From Cetorhinus maximus (Eukaryota): 64,000 bases of DNA. The notes under the pieces are model-generated. The model was not told where the DNA came from. It did not search any database and saw only the letters and a program-made list of their open reading frames with translations. Made by a program: the position numbers and the translations under genes. Shown one piece after another: positions 12,481 through 25,723 of this stretch; the stretch's first letter is position 1; each line of letters starts with the position of its first letter. The DNA lies in NCBI RefSeq assembly GCF_964194155.1, contig NW_027597768.1, positions 1-64,000 on the forward strand, in the 5' to 3' direction.

Positions 12481-12619
12481 AGCAGAACTCAGTAGTACAG
12501 AGGGCTCTGGTCCTCGAACCCATTCTGCCATTTAATAAGATCATGGCTTATCTGATTTTGGCCTCAACTTCACGTTCCAGCTACCCCCGATAACCTTTGG
12601 CTCCCTTGTTAGTCAAGAT

Positions 12620-13592
12620 TAGCCAAGTTCCTCAGGGTAGTGTCCTAGGCCCAATCATCTTCAGCTGCTTCATCAATGACAGACCTTCCATCATAAGGTC
12701 AGAAGTATGGATGTTCGCTGATGATTGTACACTGTTCAGAACCATTTGTGACTCCTCAAATACTGAAATATCCATGTCCAAATGCAGCAAGACCTGCACA
12801 ATATCCAGGCATGGGCTGACAAGAGGCAAGTAACACTTACACCATACATCTGCCAGGCAATGACCATCTCCAACAAGAAAGAATCTAACCTCTAGATTCA
12901 AGGGCATTACCATCAGTGAATCCCCCACTGTCAACATCCTGGGGATTACCATTGACCACATCATTGAAGATATAAATACTGTGGTCACAAGAGCAGGTCA
13001 GAGGCTTGGAATCGTGTGGCAAGTAACTCAACTCCTGACTTCCCAAAGTCTGCCCACCACTGACAAGACACAAGTCTGGAGTGTAATGAAATACTCCCCA
13101 CTTGCCTGGATGAGTGCACCTCCAACAACACTCAAGAAGCTCGAAACCATCCAGGACAAAGCAGCCCGCTTGATTGGCACCCCATCCACATACATTGACT
13201 CCCTCCATCACCTAAGTACAGTGGCAGCAGTGTGTACCATCTACAAGATTCACTGCAGAAACTTACCAAGGGCTCCTTAGGCAGCACCTTCCATACCCTA
13301 TAAGTGATCTAGAAGGACAAGGGCAGCAGATAGATGGGAACACCACCACCTGGAAGTTCCCCTCCAAACCACTCACTATCCTGACTTAGAAATATATCGC
13401 CTTTATTTCACTGTTGCTGGGTCAAAATCCTGTAACTCCCTCCCTAACAGCACTGTGGGTATACCTACGCCACATGGACTGCAGTAGTTCAAGAAGGCAA
13501 CTCACCACCACCTTCTCAAGGGCAATTAGGGATGGGCAACAAATGCTGGTCTAGCCAGTATCACCCACATCTCATGAATGAATAAGAAAAAA
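12620..13592 (+). mobile_element. CR1-group (Crack-like) LINE 3' end with tail
   Basis: VPQGSVLGPIIFSCFIND...MFADD, LETIQDKAARLIG; tail gggcaattagggatgggcaacaaatgctgg...cccacatc...aatgaataa. Confidence 0.75.
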
Positions 13593-14260
13593 TCTACTAC
13601 TGCCTTTAAAATATTCATTGACTCTGCCTCCACTGTTCTCTGGGGAAGAGAGTTCCAAAGATTCACAACCGGCCGAGAGAAAAAAATTCTTCTCATCTCC
13701 ATCTTAAATGGGAGACCCCTTATTTTAAAATGTGCCCCCCTCGTTCTAGTTTCTCCCACGAGGGGAAAGATCCTTTCAGCATCTACCCTGTCAAGTCCTC
13801 TCAGGATCTTATATGTTTCAGGAAGATCACCTCTCCATTTTCTAAATGCCAATGGATACAGGCCCAGCCTGTCCAACCTTTCTTCATAAGATAACCCCCT
13901 TCATCCCAGGAATCAACCAAGTTTACCTTCTCTGAACCGCTTCTAATGCAATTATATCCTTTCTTAAATAAGGAGACCAATACTGTACACAGTACTCCAT
14001 ATGTGGTCTCACCAATGGCCTGTAGAACTGTAGTGAAACATCCCTACTTTTATATTCCATTCCCCTTGTAATAGGCAACAACATTCCATTTGCCTTCCTA
14101 ATCGCTTGCTCTACCTGCAGACTAACCTTTTCTGATTCATTTACCAGGGCTCTGTCTCTCTGCCTCAGAGCTCTGCGGCCTCTCTCCATTTAAATAATAT
14201 TCTGCTTTTCTATTCTTCCCGCCAAAGTGGCAAGTTCACTTTTCCTACATTATACTCCGT
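13593..14260 (-). mobile_element. CR1 LINE 3' fragment
   Basis: ORFs 13526..13876 and 13923..14189 (RGDLPETYKILRGLDRVD, LVRPHMEYCVQYWSP). Confidence 0.85.
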
Positions 14261-15311
14261 TTGCTTGTCCACTCTCTCTAAATAGAAGAGGTTCTATACA
14301 AATAGTATATTTTTATCCTGATATATAAATATACTTACATATAAATAGTTGAGTTACATAAATATGTGAGGCTCCAGAACTGATGCCTGAGGCACTCCAC
14401 TCATCACAGCTTGTCAACCTGAAACAGACCCACTTATTGCTACACTCTGCTTCCAGTTAGCTAACCAATCCGCTATCCATGCTAATATGTTGCTCCCTAC
14501 ACCATGAGTTCTTATTTTGTGTCGTAACCTTAGTGGCATGTCACCTAATAATTCTCTGGGTATTGGTGGATGGAGTTGCAGAGGGCAATTGAAGCAGGAC
14601 GTGAGGAGAGGAAACCATATAAAAGTTCACTCATGATCTTTAGGGAAGGAAATCTGCCATCCTTACCTGGCCTGGCCTACACGAGACATCAGACCACAGC
14701 AATGTGGTTGACTCTTAACTACCTTCAAATGGCAATTAAGGATGGGCAACAAATGTTGGCATTGCCTGCAATATCCATCCCAGGAAATATATTTTAAAAA
14801 GGAGTGACAAATGGATATTCTTCAGACTATCCAGTTCTCTCCCAGGGTTGGTGTTTTGACCATTGCTCTTCTCAATATAAAGGAATGATCGGGTTTCGCT
14901 TTATGGGTTTAAAATCAAAATCTCCAGATGATTTTACAATAGGAAATGGGCAGAACAGTGAAGAGGAATATAAGTGACTCACTGTGAATACACAGGTTAG
15001 TAACTGGTGCAGGTAACATGTCAGACTATATTTAACACACAAAATATGAGGTGATATATTTCCTGAATTAAAAAGCTAAAATATTCACTAAATGCTTATG
15101 GTTTAGAAGGACTGGAGAAATAGAACAGTAAAGACAGGGAAGATTCTAGTTTACATTTTCTTATTAATAAACACACTGAGGAGGTTTCATGTCAGCAACT
15201 TTAATACCTTCTTAAGAAATACAGAAATAAAGCAATGAGCAAATTCACGTTCTCTACTCTATCTTATATTGTTCCATCAATCTGAGTAAACATCCAAGTC
15301 CCAAGTGTCAC

Positions 15312-17265
15312 AGAGAGTCATAGAGGTTTACAGCACAGAAGAAGGCCCTTCGGCCCATCACATCTGCGCCAGTCAAGCAAGTATCGAACTATTCTATTCC
15401 CATTTTCCAGCACTAGGCCCATAGCCTTGTATGTATGGCATCGCAAGTGCACATCTAAATACTTTTAAATGTTATGAGGGTTTCTTCCTCTACCACCCTT
15501 TCAGGTGGTGAGTTCCAGATTCCCACCACGCTTTGGGTGAAAAATTTCTTCCTCACATCCCCTCTAAACCTCCTGCCCCTTACCTTAAATCTATGCCCCC
15601 TGGCTATTGATCCCTCCACCACAGGGAAAAGTTCCTTCCTGTCTACCCTATCTATGCCCCTCATAATTTTATACACCTCAATCATGTCCCCCCTCAATCT
15701 CCTCTGCTGCAGGGAAAATAACCCCAGTCTATCCAATCTCTCCTCACAACTAAAACTCTCCAGCCCAGACAACATCCTGGTAAATCTCTTCTGCACTCAC
15801 TTTAGTGCAATCACATTCTTCCTATAATGTGGATTCCAGAACTGCACACAATACTCTAACTGTGGCCTAACCAGCATTTTATACAGTTCCAGCATAACCT
15901 CCCTGCTCTTATATTCTATGCTTTGGCTAATAAAGGCAAGTATCCCATATGCCTTCTTATCCACTTGTCATGCTATCTTAAGGGACCGGTGGACATGCAT
16001 ACCAAGGTCACTCTGATCCTCAGTACTTCCCAGGGTCCTACCATTCATCGTTTATTCCCGTGCCTTGTTTGCATCACCTCACACTTATCCGGGTAAATTC
16101 CATTTGCCACTGATCAGCCCATCTGAACAGCCTGTCTATATCCTCCTGTTATCTAAGGCTATCCTCCTCACGATTTACCAACCAACCAATTTTCATGCCA
16201 TCCGCGAACTTACTGATCAACCCTCCTACATTCAAGTCTAAATCGTATATATATACCACAAACAGCAAGGGACCCAACACCGATCCCTGTGGAACCCCAC
16301 TGGACACTGGCATCCAGTCACAAAAACACCCCTCGACCATCACCCTCTGCTTCCTGCCACTCAGCCAATTCTGGATCCAATTTGCCAAATTGCCTTGGAT
16401 TCCATGGGCTCTTATCTTCGTTATCAGTCTCCCATGCGGGACCTTATGAAAAGCCTTGCTGAAATCCAAGTAGACTACGTCAAATGCATTACCCTCATCT
16501 ACACACCTGGCCACCTCTTCGAAAAATTCAATCAAATTGGTCAGACATGACCTCCCCTTAAAGAAACCATGCTGACTGTCCTTGATTAATCTCTGCCTCT
16601 CCAACTGTAGATTAATTCTGTCCCTCAGAATTGCTTCCAATAGTTTCCCCACCACTGAGGTTAGACTGACTGGCCTGTTGTTCCCTGATTTATCCCTTCC
16701 TCCCTTCTTGAATAATGGTACCACATTGGCTGTCCTCTGGCACTTCTCCTGTGGCCAGAGAGGAATTGAAAATTATTGCCAGCATCCCTGCTATCTCCCC
16801 CCGTGCCTCACTCAACAGCCTGGGATATAATTCATTCGGGCCTGGAGATTTATCTACTTTTAAGCCTGCCAGACCATTTAGAACCTCCTCCCTTTCAATG
16901 CTAATTTCTTTAATTATATCACAGTCCTTCTGCCTGATTTCCATACCCACGTCGTCCCTCTCACTTGTGAACACCGACTCAAAGCATTCAAACCCTACCT
17001 ACTTCTTCTGGCTCCACACACAAATTACCACTATGGTCCTTAATGGGTCCTACTCTTTCCCTAGTTATCCTCTTACTCTTAATGTACTTGTAAAATAACT
17101 TTGGATTTTCCTTTATTTTATCTGCCAATGTTTTTTCATGCCCCCTTTTTGCTCTCCTAATCTCCTTTTTAAGTTCCCCCCTACACATTCTACATTCCTC
17201 TTGGGCTTCCGCTGTTTTGAGCCCAGGGTATCTGCCATAAGCCTCGCTTTTTCTCTTTATCCAAT
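15312..17265 (-). mobile_element. CR1 LINE, 5'-truncated, RT to 3' UTR
   Basis: ORFs 16149..16724 (DFSKAFHKVPH, SGVPQGSVLGP, KFAD), 15455..15796, 16690..16974, 16988..17275. Confidence 0.9.
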
Positions 17266-17924
17266 CCACAGTCACTTACATGGTCAGCCAGCTGGATGGA
17301 ACCTCGGGCACCCTGAGCTTGATCTCCGGTATCTTCAGTCCTGATTGCCCCCTTACATCAGAACCCTCCACTTTTGTACTCTGTAGTGATCCAGCTCTGG
17401 CCCCTGACTCTTTGTCTCCTCTGTTGGGTTTTGGCAGGAAGTGAGGAAAAGACAGCTGGAATTTCTCTAATCCGTGACTTACAAGGACACCTTCCCTCGT
17501 TCCCAGCAGTTATTTTTCTTCAGTAATTTTCTCATTCTCCCTAAACTCCCCTGCCTACTCGTAATTCTGTTATTTCTTATAGTTTTACAATTATAGGTAT
17601 AAACATCACAGATGATAATCTAATCGATTCCATTCCTCACTTTGTTTACATTTCTGCTATGGTTAATAACAGACAAACTCTGTCCTTTCCCCTGATCTGA
17701 TTAGAGTTTCCAATGAGTCGATTCTGTGGAATGAAATGTCTTCTCAGTGTTTCCGTGGTGACCTGTCTGCAGTGAAGAGTCTGTTTGAGTTCCTAACTCT
17801 GACTAAACTTCTCTATCCCACAATATACGTTCTAATCAGACATTGGATGTCAATGTATTTTAGTCATGTTGTGTTAATATCTCTAAAACCTACAAGGGAT
17901 TCAGAGACACAAACTTTTAACAGT

Positions 17925-18330
17925 GGGAGGACAAGTTGGTAAAGTGGTTAAAAAGCAAATGGGATCCTGGGTTTTATAATTCGGGGTGTAGAGTTCAAAA
18001 GGACAGAGGTCATGTAAACCTGTGCAAATCATTGGCTAGGCTGCGGTTAGAATATTGAGTCAAGTTTTGGGGATCTTACACCAGGAAGGATGTCAAGGCC
18101 ATGGAGAGGGTACAGAAGAGAGTCACAGAGAAGTCCCAGGGAAGAGAGGCTTTAGTTATCAGGAGAGATTAGAGAAACTGGGCTCTTTTCATTAGAACAA
18201 AGGCTGATTGGAGATCTGAGGGAGAGGTTCAACATTTCATCAGGTAAATGAGGAAAAACTGTTTCCACCAGTCGGTGAGTCAGTAACTAGAGGACATCAA
18301 ATTCAAATCATCACCAAAAGACTCAGAACC
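17925..18330 (+). mobile_element. Old CR1 3' fragment
   Basis: Degenerate aggaaggatgtcaaggccatggagagggtacagaagagagtcac and aactagaggacatcaaattcaaa. Confidence 0.6.
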
Positions 18331-18569
18331 AGGAATGAGATATGGAGCAGTCTGTACAATAATGTCCAGGACACTCACTGCCCCTCCGGCTCTCTGTCTA
18401 CACTGTCCCATCAAACACTCCGAGGGCAGGTACACGGGTGTGTTACTGATACCTCCCCAGGGTATCCGGGCAAGGAGAGGCACTCTAGAAGGTAAGGGGA
18501 GCTGGAAGCTGTCCATGAGAGTGGCCAAGGTTCTGAGAACTGGAAAAATCCAAAGTAATGATGAGGTGT

Positions 18570-18995
18570 TAGCCATGGCTCAGAGTTTGCATTCTCATGT
18601 CTGAGTCAGGAGGTTGTGGGTTCAAATCCACCTCTAGAATTTGAACATAAAATCTAGGCTGACATTCCACTGCAGTACTGAGAGAGCCCTGAAATGTATG
18701 AGGTCCTGTCTTTCAGATGAGACTGAACGGGCAGGTGTAAGAGATCCATTGGGGCTATTTCAAAGAGCAGGAGATTTCTCCCCAGATTCTTGGTCAATAT
18801 TTGTCCCTCAATCAATATCACTAAAGCAGACTATCTGGGTATTATCAACTTCTTGTCTGTGGGATCTTGCTGTGTACAAATGAGTTGCTGTATTTCCTAC
18901 ATTCCAACATCGACTGCACTTCAAAGGAATTTCATTGGCTGTAAAATGCTTTGGGACATCCTGATGTCATGAAAGGCTCTGCAGAAATACAAATC
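18570..18995 (+). mobile_element. Deu-domain SINE (SacSINE1/AmnSINE1-like) with tRNA-like head and L2-like tail
   Basis: gcagtactgag...ctttcagatgaga...gagcagga...atatttgtccctcaatcaatatcactaa...ggctgtaaaatgctttgggacatcctga, recognised from memory of the family. Confidence 0.7.
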
Positions 18996-19265
18996 CTACT
19001 TTAACAGAGGAGAAAAGGCCCAAAAATGGAACAGTCAAGAACAGGATTTCAATTAATCTTCTCTTATCCTGGAGAAGACAAATATTCCACACACTGTGTT
19101 TGACACCAAGCTGGTTTATTTGATGTTTATCCAGAATATTAATCTCCAGCCCAGTTATTGGGGTCATTAACATCAGCAGAAACAAACACCAAGTATCAAA
19201 ATGAACATGGTTCAGTTCTGGATGTGACTAACAGAAGCAATAATATCAAGATCGAAACCCTGCAT

Positions 19266-19685
19266 TTACTTGTGAACTCGCTGGTGTCTCTGTAGGTGGG
19301 ATTAATTAATGAATCTCTTCCCACATATGGAGCAGTTGAATGGCCTCTCCCCAGTGTGAACTTGTTGGTGTGTCAGGAGGCTGGATGACTGAGTGAATCC
19401 ATTTCCACACACAGAGCAGGTGAACGGTTTCTCCCCAGTGTGGATACGTTGGTGTGTCAGCAAATCTGGTTTTCTTTTCAAGCTCTTCTCACAGTCAGAA
19501 CATGTAAACGGTTTATCAGAATGAACAAGTTTGTGTGTCTGAAGGCAGGACAACCGAGTGAATCCCTTCTCACACATGGGGCAGGTGAACGGCCTCTCCC
19601 CAGTGTGAGTGCATCGATGAGCTTCCAGGTGGGATGGGGAACTGAATCTCTTCTCACAGTCCCCACATTTCCACGGTTTCTCCAT
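19266..19685 (-). CDS. Short C2H2 ZNF, 4 intact fingers; fifth finger cut by TAA (19302-19304); possibly a pseudogene
   Basis: ORF 19302..19685 [10 protein letters not shown]; the frame continues SHLQRHQRVHK* to 19266; leader 19690-20050. Confidence 0.65.
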
Positions 19686-20399
19686 GGTGTTGATGTCCTT
19701 GTGCCTCTCCAGGTTGGATGATCAGTTCACACTTCGACCAGACACAGAACACGTGTACAGTCTCTCCCCACTGTGAATGGTGTGATGTTTCCTCAGGCTC
19801 TGTGACTGGTTAAAGCTCTTGCCACAGTCAGTGCACTGGAACACTCTCACTCGAGTGTGTGTGTGTGTGTCTCGGTGATTTTCCAATTACACTGATGTTT
19901 GAAATCTTTTCCTGCAGCCAGAACAGACAAACATTTCTCCTTCCAGATTCAAAGGCCGTGATATTCAGGTCCTTATGAATCGAGTGACTCTGTCAGATCT
20001 TGATATGATGCTTGGTTTGAGTTTCCTGTCTGTAAATCCCCCTGTTTAAGGTTTTTACAAAAACAATCACCAAGGACAGAACAAACATTTCTCTTGCTTT
20101 GCGTTTGCTGTGTGTAAATCCTCTCCTTCTAATCCCTGATTTTGAGTTTCCAAAATCAACCACTGTCAGCCCAGGATACAAACCCTGAATTATTATTTGA
20201 AGGGGAAGGATGAACAGGGTTACAGGGAGAAGGCAGGGGAATGGCACGAGGTGAATTGCTTGTTCGGAGAGCTAGCACAGACATGATGGGCTGACTGGCC
20301 TCCTTCTGTGCTGTAACCATTCTGTGATTCTGTGAAATTCACAAATTCTCTCCTGTTTCCTGGCCCAGGATGATCGTGCGTGCGCCCTGCTCCACACTG

Positions 20400-20700
20400 T
20401 TCCCCTAACCCGGGCCTGTCACTGGGGAATGCCGGACCAGTGCAAACATGGATTTGGGGTTTGTGGCCTACAGAAAGTGTTTGTGAAGCATCCTCACCCT
20501 CCCGCCGGCTCCATCACTCCCTCTGTCTCCCCTCGACTGCTAACCGACTGCAGATACGAAAAACAAGTGCCATCCATGGCCATTACTCACACTGCACATG
20601 CTCCAAACCCTGTCTGAAACTGTGCCTGTGCACTGGTCTCCTGTGGTGTAGATAGGGGACATTCCCCACCGTGGGGAACGCTGGGCAAATGTCCCGTCAC
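20400..20700 (-). promoter_or_regulatory. CpG-decayed copy of the cassette promoter
   Basis: Reverse strand reads tgcacaggcacagt...ggagcatgtgcagtg, versus tgcgcaggcgcagt...ggagcatgcgcagtg at 53360-53400. Confidence 0.6.
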
Positions 20701-20867
20701 TGGAGGTCCCAGTTTGTGAATAGTCATTTTGTTCTGTGATGGGTGGAGGTTCGGGCTGGAGGGCCAATCAATATAATGAGGAGCAAAATTATACAGAAGC
20801 CCAAGTGCACAGACCCTCCATTATCCACCAGAAGGAATGGGGGTTAGTGAAGAATCGAGGGTCCCCC

Positions 20868-21225
20868 AAACAGCAGAAATAACAGCAAAATCTAACCCCG
20901 ACAGTCAGATGTGAACTCACTGTTGTCTCAGCAGGTCGGATGAACGAGTGAATCTCTGCTCACACACACAACATTTAAACAGCTTCTCTCCAGTAACAAT
21001 GCACTGAACCATTTGATCTTTTTAAACTGGGATGTTAACAGGTGGGAAAACTGGATGAAATCCCTTCACCTCTGTGAAGTTTCTGAACCGTTTCTCAGTG
21101 TGTCTGTCCTGCCGTGTCAGTAAATGGAGTGAGCAAGTTTATCCTTTTCCTCATGCAGTTGGTGAACACCCTCTCCCTGGCAGGACTGGACCAAGTTTCC
21201 AGCTCAGATGGGCAACTGAATCCGC
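20868..21225 (-). pseudogene. Highly degenerate ZNF remnant with family stop/3'UTR motif
   Basis: Reverse reads ...ttcactcgttcatccgacctgctgagacaacagtgagttcacatctgactgtcggggttagattttgctgttatt. Confidence 0.65.
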
Positions 21226-22353
21226 CCGCAGTCAATATCAACAACAGCTTGCATTTGTATAGCGCCTGCACCATCCTGTTCCGATGACAATCTGCTCAAT
21301 GGTTGTAAGATGGCTACATGTTGGTAACAGTTATTCAGGTGAAACTGAATACACTGTGTTTGAGCAGCAGTTTACAAAGTACAAAGAAGAATTTGATTCT
21401 GCACTATTGTCCATTGGGATGTAGGAGGGGCCTCATTTCTCTGATTCACATTCGTGTTTAAGCCAATTTGGAGCAGTGACCTTCCTGACCTTTCCAAACT
21501 GAGAATGACTCAAACCCACTGGGATAAATCCCCAAACCTGGAATCACAGAAAAATCCATCCAATCATCGATCTCCTATAGTCCCATTCTAGCCAATCATT
21601 AGCCTAGTAGGTTCTGTCTCTGGGAAGTGTTCCTGAGCCTCCCCCTATCGGCTTTTCACCCTGGGCTTGAGCACAAACGCAAACTGGGTGTCTGTTTCCA
21701 TGGTGCTGAGGTAACCCAGGACCTTCATGGTGACGAGTGTTCTAACTGTGTCAAAGCTCAATGCTGGAAATTAGCAACAAGGATTTCTAATTGATAATAT
21801 TCCCCAGGTTTACAAGAGCTCGCTGTATTTCCACAATCAAAGAAGAACTTCCGCTTGTTCTTTCCTTGGGATAATAAGGGAGTTTATACAACACCAAATC
21901 TACTTCTCACACATTCAAAACCTTGAGGCAGTAGAAAGTCCAAGGCAGTGCATCTCATTGCAGAGAGAATCTATTCAGAGAAATGTTTCTGACCATTTAA
22001 CGCTTGCAATCCTAATTTCTCAAAATACCCTCAACAGCCCCATATTCTTACACAGCTCTCACTGTTCATTAATGTTTAACATGATCAGTCTCTCCTCAAT
22101 CTTCCTATCGAAGTGTATCACCTCACATTTTTCTGTGTTGAATTTTGTCAGGCTTTGTGTCTCCCCAATCCAGCAGCCTGTTGATGTCCTCTTGAAGTTT
22201 CAGCAGGTTATTTGTAATTGTAAAGCTCTTCTCAGTCAGAGCATTTGCAACGTCTTTTATCAGAGTGAAGATGTTGATGTGTCAAGAGGTGGCTGAACAA
22301 GTAGATCCCTTCCAACACATGGAGCAGATTAACAGCAGCAGTAAGAGCCTCCT

Positions 22354-22944
22354 CTAGATGTGCACACGCTGGTGTCTCAGCAGATGTGATGAATGAGTGA
22401 AACCCTTTCCACAGATGGAACAGGTGAATGGTGTCTCTCTATTGTGAATCCCCTGGTGTGTTAGCAGCCTGGATGAAACAGTGAATCCCTTCCCACACAC
22501 CAAGCAGGTGAACAGCCTCTCCGCAGTGTGAACTCGCTGATGTGCCAGAAGGAGGGATGAGGAAATGAATCCTTTCCCACACTCGAAGCAGGTGAATGGC
22601 TTCTCTCCGGTGTGAACTCGCTCGTGCGTCAGAAGACGGGATGAAACAGTGAATCGCTTCCCACAGACAGAGCAGGTGAACGGCCTCTCCCCAGTGTGAA
22701 CTCACTCGTCTGTCACAAGATGGGATGCACAACTAAACCCCTTTCCACATACAGAACAAATGAATGGTCTCTCCCCAGTGTGAACTCGCTGATGTGTTAG
22801 CAGGATAGATGACTGAGTGAATCCCTTCCCACACACGGAGCAGGTGAATGGCTTCTCCTCAGTGTGAGTGCGTCGATGAGTTTCCAGCTTGGATGGGTAA
22901 TTGAATCCCTTCCCACAGTCCCCACATTTCCATGGTTTCTCCAT
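22354..22944 (-). pseudogene. C2H2 ZNF, 7 fingers, in-frame TGA in finger 3 (22702-22704); further decayed fingers at ~22200-22330; leader to acceptor ~23310
   Basis: [23 protein letters not shown]; GAC GAG TGA GTT CAC ACT GGG; frame continues to TAG at 22354. Confidence 0.8.
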
Positions 22945-23629
22945 GGCGTGGATGTCCTTGAGTTTCTCCAGGTTGCATGACAAGCTGAAGCCTTGTCCAC
23001 ACACAAAACACGTACACGATTTTTCCCCGCTGTGAATAGTGTGATATTTTTTCAGGCTGTGTAACTGGTTAAAGCTCTTTCCACAGTTAGTTCACTGCAA
23101 CACTCCCACTCAGATATTTGTGTCTTGGTGCTTTTCCAATCACATTGATGCTTGAAATCTTTTCCCTCAGGCAGAACAGACAAACATTTCCCTTTCCATA
23201 TGCAAAGGCCAATGATATTCAGGTCCTGATGAATCCAGTGACTATGTCAGATCCTGATGTGATGTTTGGTTTGAATTTTCCATTTGCGCATCCTCCCCTT
23301 CTAATGCCCTGTAAAAGGAGTTTAGCAAAGTCAACAATAAGTACAGGGTGAAAATTCAGAACAGACAATTCAAGTCACTATCGAACATTTTTCCCTCTCT
23401 TGTTCCTCCAAAACTGTAAATCCCCATCCTACACACTCTCCCTCCTCCCTGGGCTGATATTCAAAACCATCTCACCATCTCTGCCATTTCCCAGTTATCT
23501 CCCTCCCTCCCTCTACTCTGGCTAGGTTCAGTTCTCTGGTGCCTGTGTGGAAAGTTGGAATAAAATCAACGAATTAATGATTTTCTCTCATGGTCACTGG
23601 GACCCTGAAGCTCTGCCCACTTTATTCTA

Positions 23630-24030
23630 GCCCCCAAATTACCAGATTCATTCAGCTCAGTATCACAACCTGCCTTTCTGTTTTTCTGATTCCCTCACAC
23701 TCCCTTGTCCTGTTTTAAATTCATTTTTCAACGTGTTGGAAGAGGTGGATTTACAGACGGGAAACACAAACCGAACATCACATCAAGATCTGACAGAATC
23801 ATGAGGACCTGAATATCATCGGCCTTTGAACATGGAAGCAAAGGGACCCGTTTCCAGCCTGGATAAACCGTATACGTGTTTTGTGTGTGTGGCCGAGGCT
23901 TCAGCTCTTCTGCCCGAAGACAAAACCAGCGCAGTCACACTGGAGAGAAACTGGAAATGTGGGGACTGTGGAAAGGTTTTCAGTTACCCATCAGAGCTGG
24001 AAATTCATCGGTGCAGTCACACCAGGGTCA
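23630..24030 (+). pseudogene. Class-A-like ZNF fragment lying inside the intron of the opposite-strand ZNF
   Basis: Upstream sequence matches 3220-3430; MEAK...[24 protein letters not shown], then stops abruptly. Confidence 0.7.
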
Positions 24031-24134
24031 CACTTACCACAAACAGAGCAGGCAGCCCTGTTTGTCCTTCCACAATCAGATGCAGATGATACCCAGGTCC
24101 TGGTGACTTGAGGGACTTACGTCCTTGGCTTGCT

Positions 24135-24727
24135 GCATTGTTCCAGTGAAGCTCAACGCAAACTGTAGGAACAGCACCTCATCTTCCGACTAGGCACTTT
24201 ACAGCCTTCCGGACTGAATATTGAGTTCAACAGTTTTAGATCTTGAACTCCCTCGTCCATCCCCACCCCCTTTCCGTTTCTTACCCCTCCTTTTTGTTTT
24301 TTCCAATAATTTATATAGATTTTTCTTTTCCCACCTATTTCCATTACTTTTAAATGTATTTCCACCCATTGTTTATCTATACCTTTTATGCCCTTTTAGT
24401 CTTATTTCACCCCACCCCACTAGAGCTATCTGTACCTTGCTTGTCCTGCTCTCCACTTAATTAGCACATTCTTTTAGATAATATCACCACCTTCAACACC
24501 TCTTTGTTCTTTTGTCTGTGACATCTTTTAGTTATCTCCTCCTATCACTGCTTGCTTGTCCCAACAACCCCCCCTTCTCCCCCCCCACCCTTAAACCAGC
24601 TTATATTTCACCCCTTTCCTATTTTTACTTAGTTCTGTTGAAGGGTCATGAGGACTCGAAACGTCAACTGTGCTCTTCTCCGCCGATGCTGCCAGACCTG
24701 CTGAGTTTTGCCAGGTATTTCTGTTTC
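24135..24727 (+). mobile_element. Penelope element 3' part (GIY-YIG C-terminus and terminal repeat with variant hammerhead core at 24635-24667)
   Basis: Matches the reverse of 30200-30790; CTGTTGA-AGGGTC-ATGAG-GACTC-GAAA-CGTC. Confidence 0.8.
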
Positions 24728-24789
24728 TGACTTGCTCAGATCCTGATGGGATCTTTGGTTTGAATTTCCTGGGTCCAAATCCCATCATC

Positions 24790-25250
24790 CCTGTCGCCGC
24801 GCATGCGCCCGGCTGCACACCCTCCCTTCTCAAGATGGCGGTGCGGCTGTTACCCTCGGGTCTGTCATCAGAAACCCCTCAACTGCTGTTCCACTTGTTG
24901 GAAACATGGGATATGGGAGCCTACATGAGGTGTTTCTGAAGCCTCCAAGTCCACCCGCCACCTCTATTCCTCTCCTGCCTCAAGTCATCCCCCCCCCACG
25001 GATTCAACAGGACATCGTCCAGCACCCGCACTGCGCATGCTCCAATCTCTGCCCCATAACACGCATGCGCCGGGGCGTGCGATTAGGGCCCCGCCCCTCA
25101 TTCACTCCGATTGGTTGGAGGACCAGCAGCCCCAACTCGGTCCTCCAGCCCCGCCCCCTCTCTTCCTATTGGTCCGGAATCACCATCCGCCGCTTCCGGC
25201 TGCTCTGCGGCACCAAACTGAACCGGAGGCCCAATTGGGAAATGGTGGTT
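24790..25250. promoter_or_regulatory. CpG-rich, probably bidirectional promoter
   Basis: gcgcatgcgc ~24799, caagatggcgg 24831, cactgcgcatgctcc 25029, acgcatgcgc 25061, attgg ~25110 and ~25168; lies between divergent ZNFs. Confidence 0.7.
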
Positions 25251-25723
25251 ATTTCCGTTCATTTAACATCACTGCTAAAGTCAATGAAGGTAATTTGTTG
25301 TTTTGAGGCAAAGTATTTGGTAGAATTAGAGTGAAGGAGTGGGATTGATCCACAGCCTGAGTCACCAGTTTAAGGACAGGAGGAGAGAGAATCTGGAGAG
25401 GAGAAAAGAATAAGTTGGAGACTGGACACTGAGTCTGGAACAATGAGCAGAGAGGGAGAGGAGTGTGTGGGACAGAGATTTATAGATTTGGAGGAATGAG
25501 AGGGAAAAATGTTCTATAGAAACTAGAATTCTCTGTTCTGAATTTATATATTTAATACCACATGGACTGCAGCAGCTGAAGAAGGCAGCTCACCACCACC
25601 TTCTCAAGAACAACTAGGGATGGGCAATAAATGCTGGCCCAGCCAGCAAAGCCCACATCCCGTGAATGAATAAAAGAAAATATCTTGTATTTACAGTGAT
25701 AACTTCTGTAAACGCATTTTACA

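Noticed and set aside
17270-17560. Possible minus-strand exons (gtaagt donors near 17275 and 17480)
   Set aside because: No recognisable protein or paralogous match; insufficient evidence.
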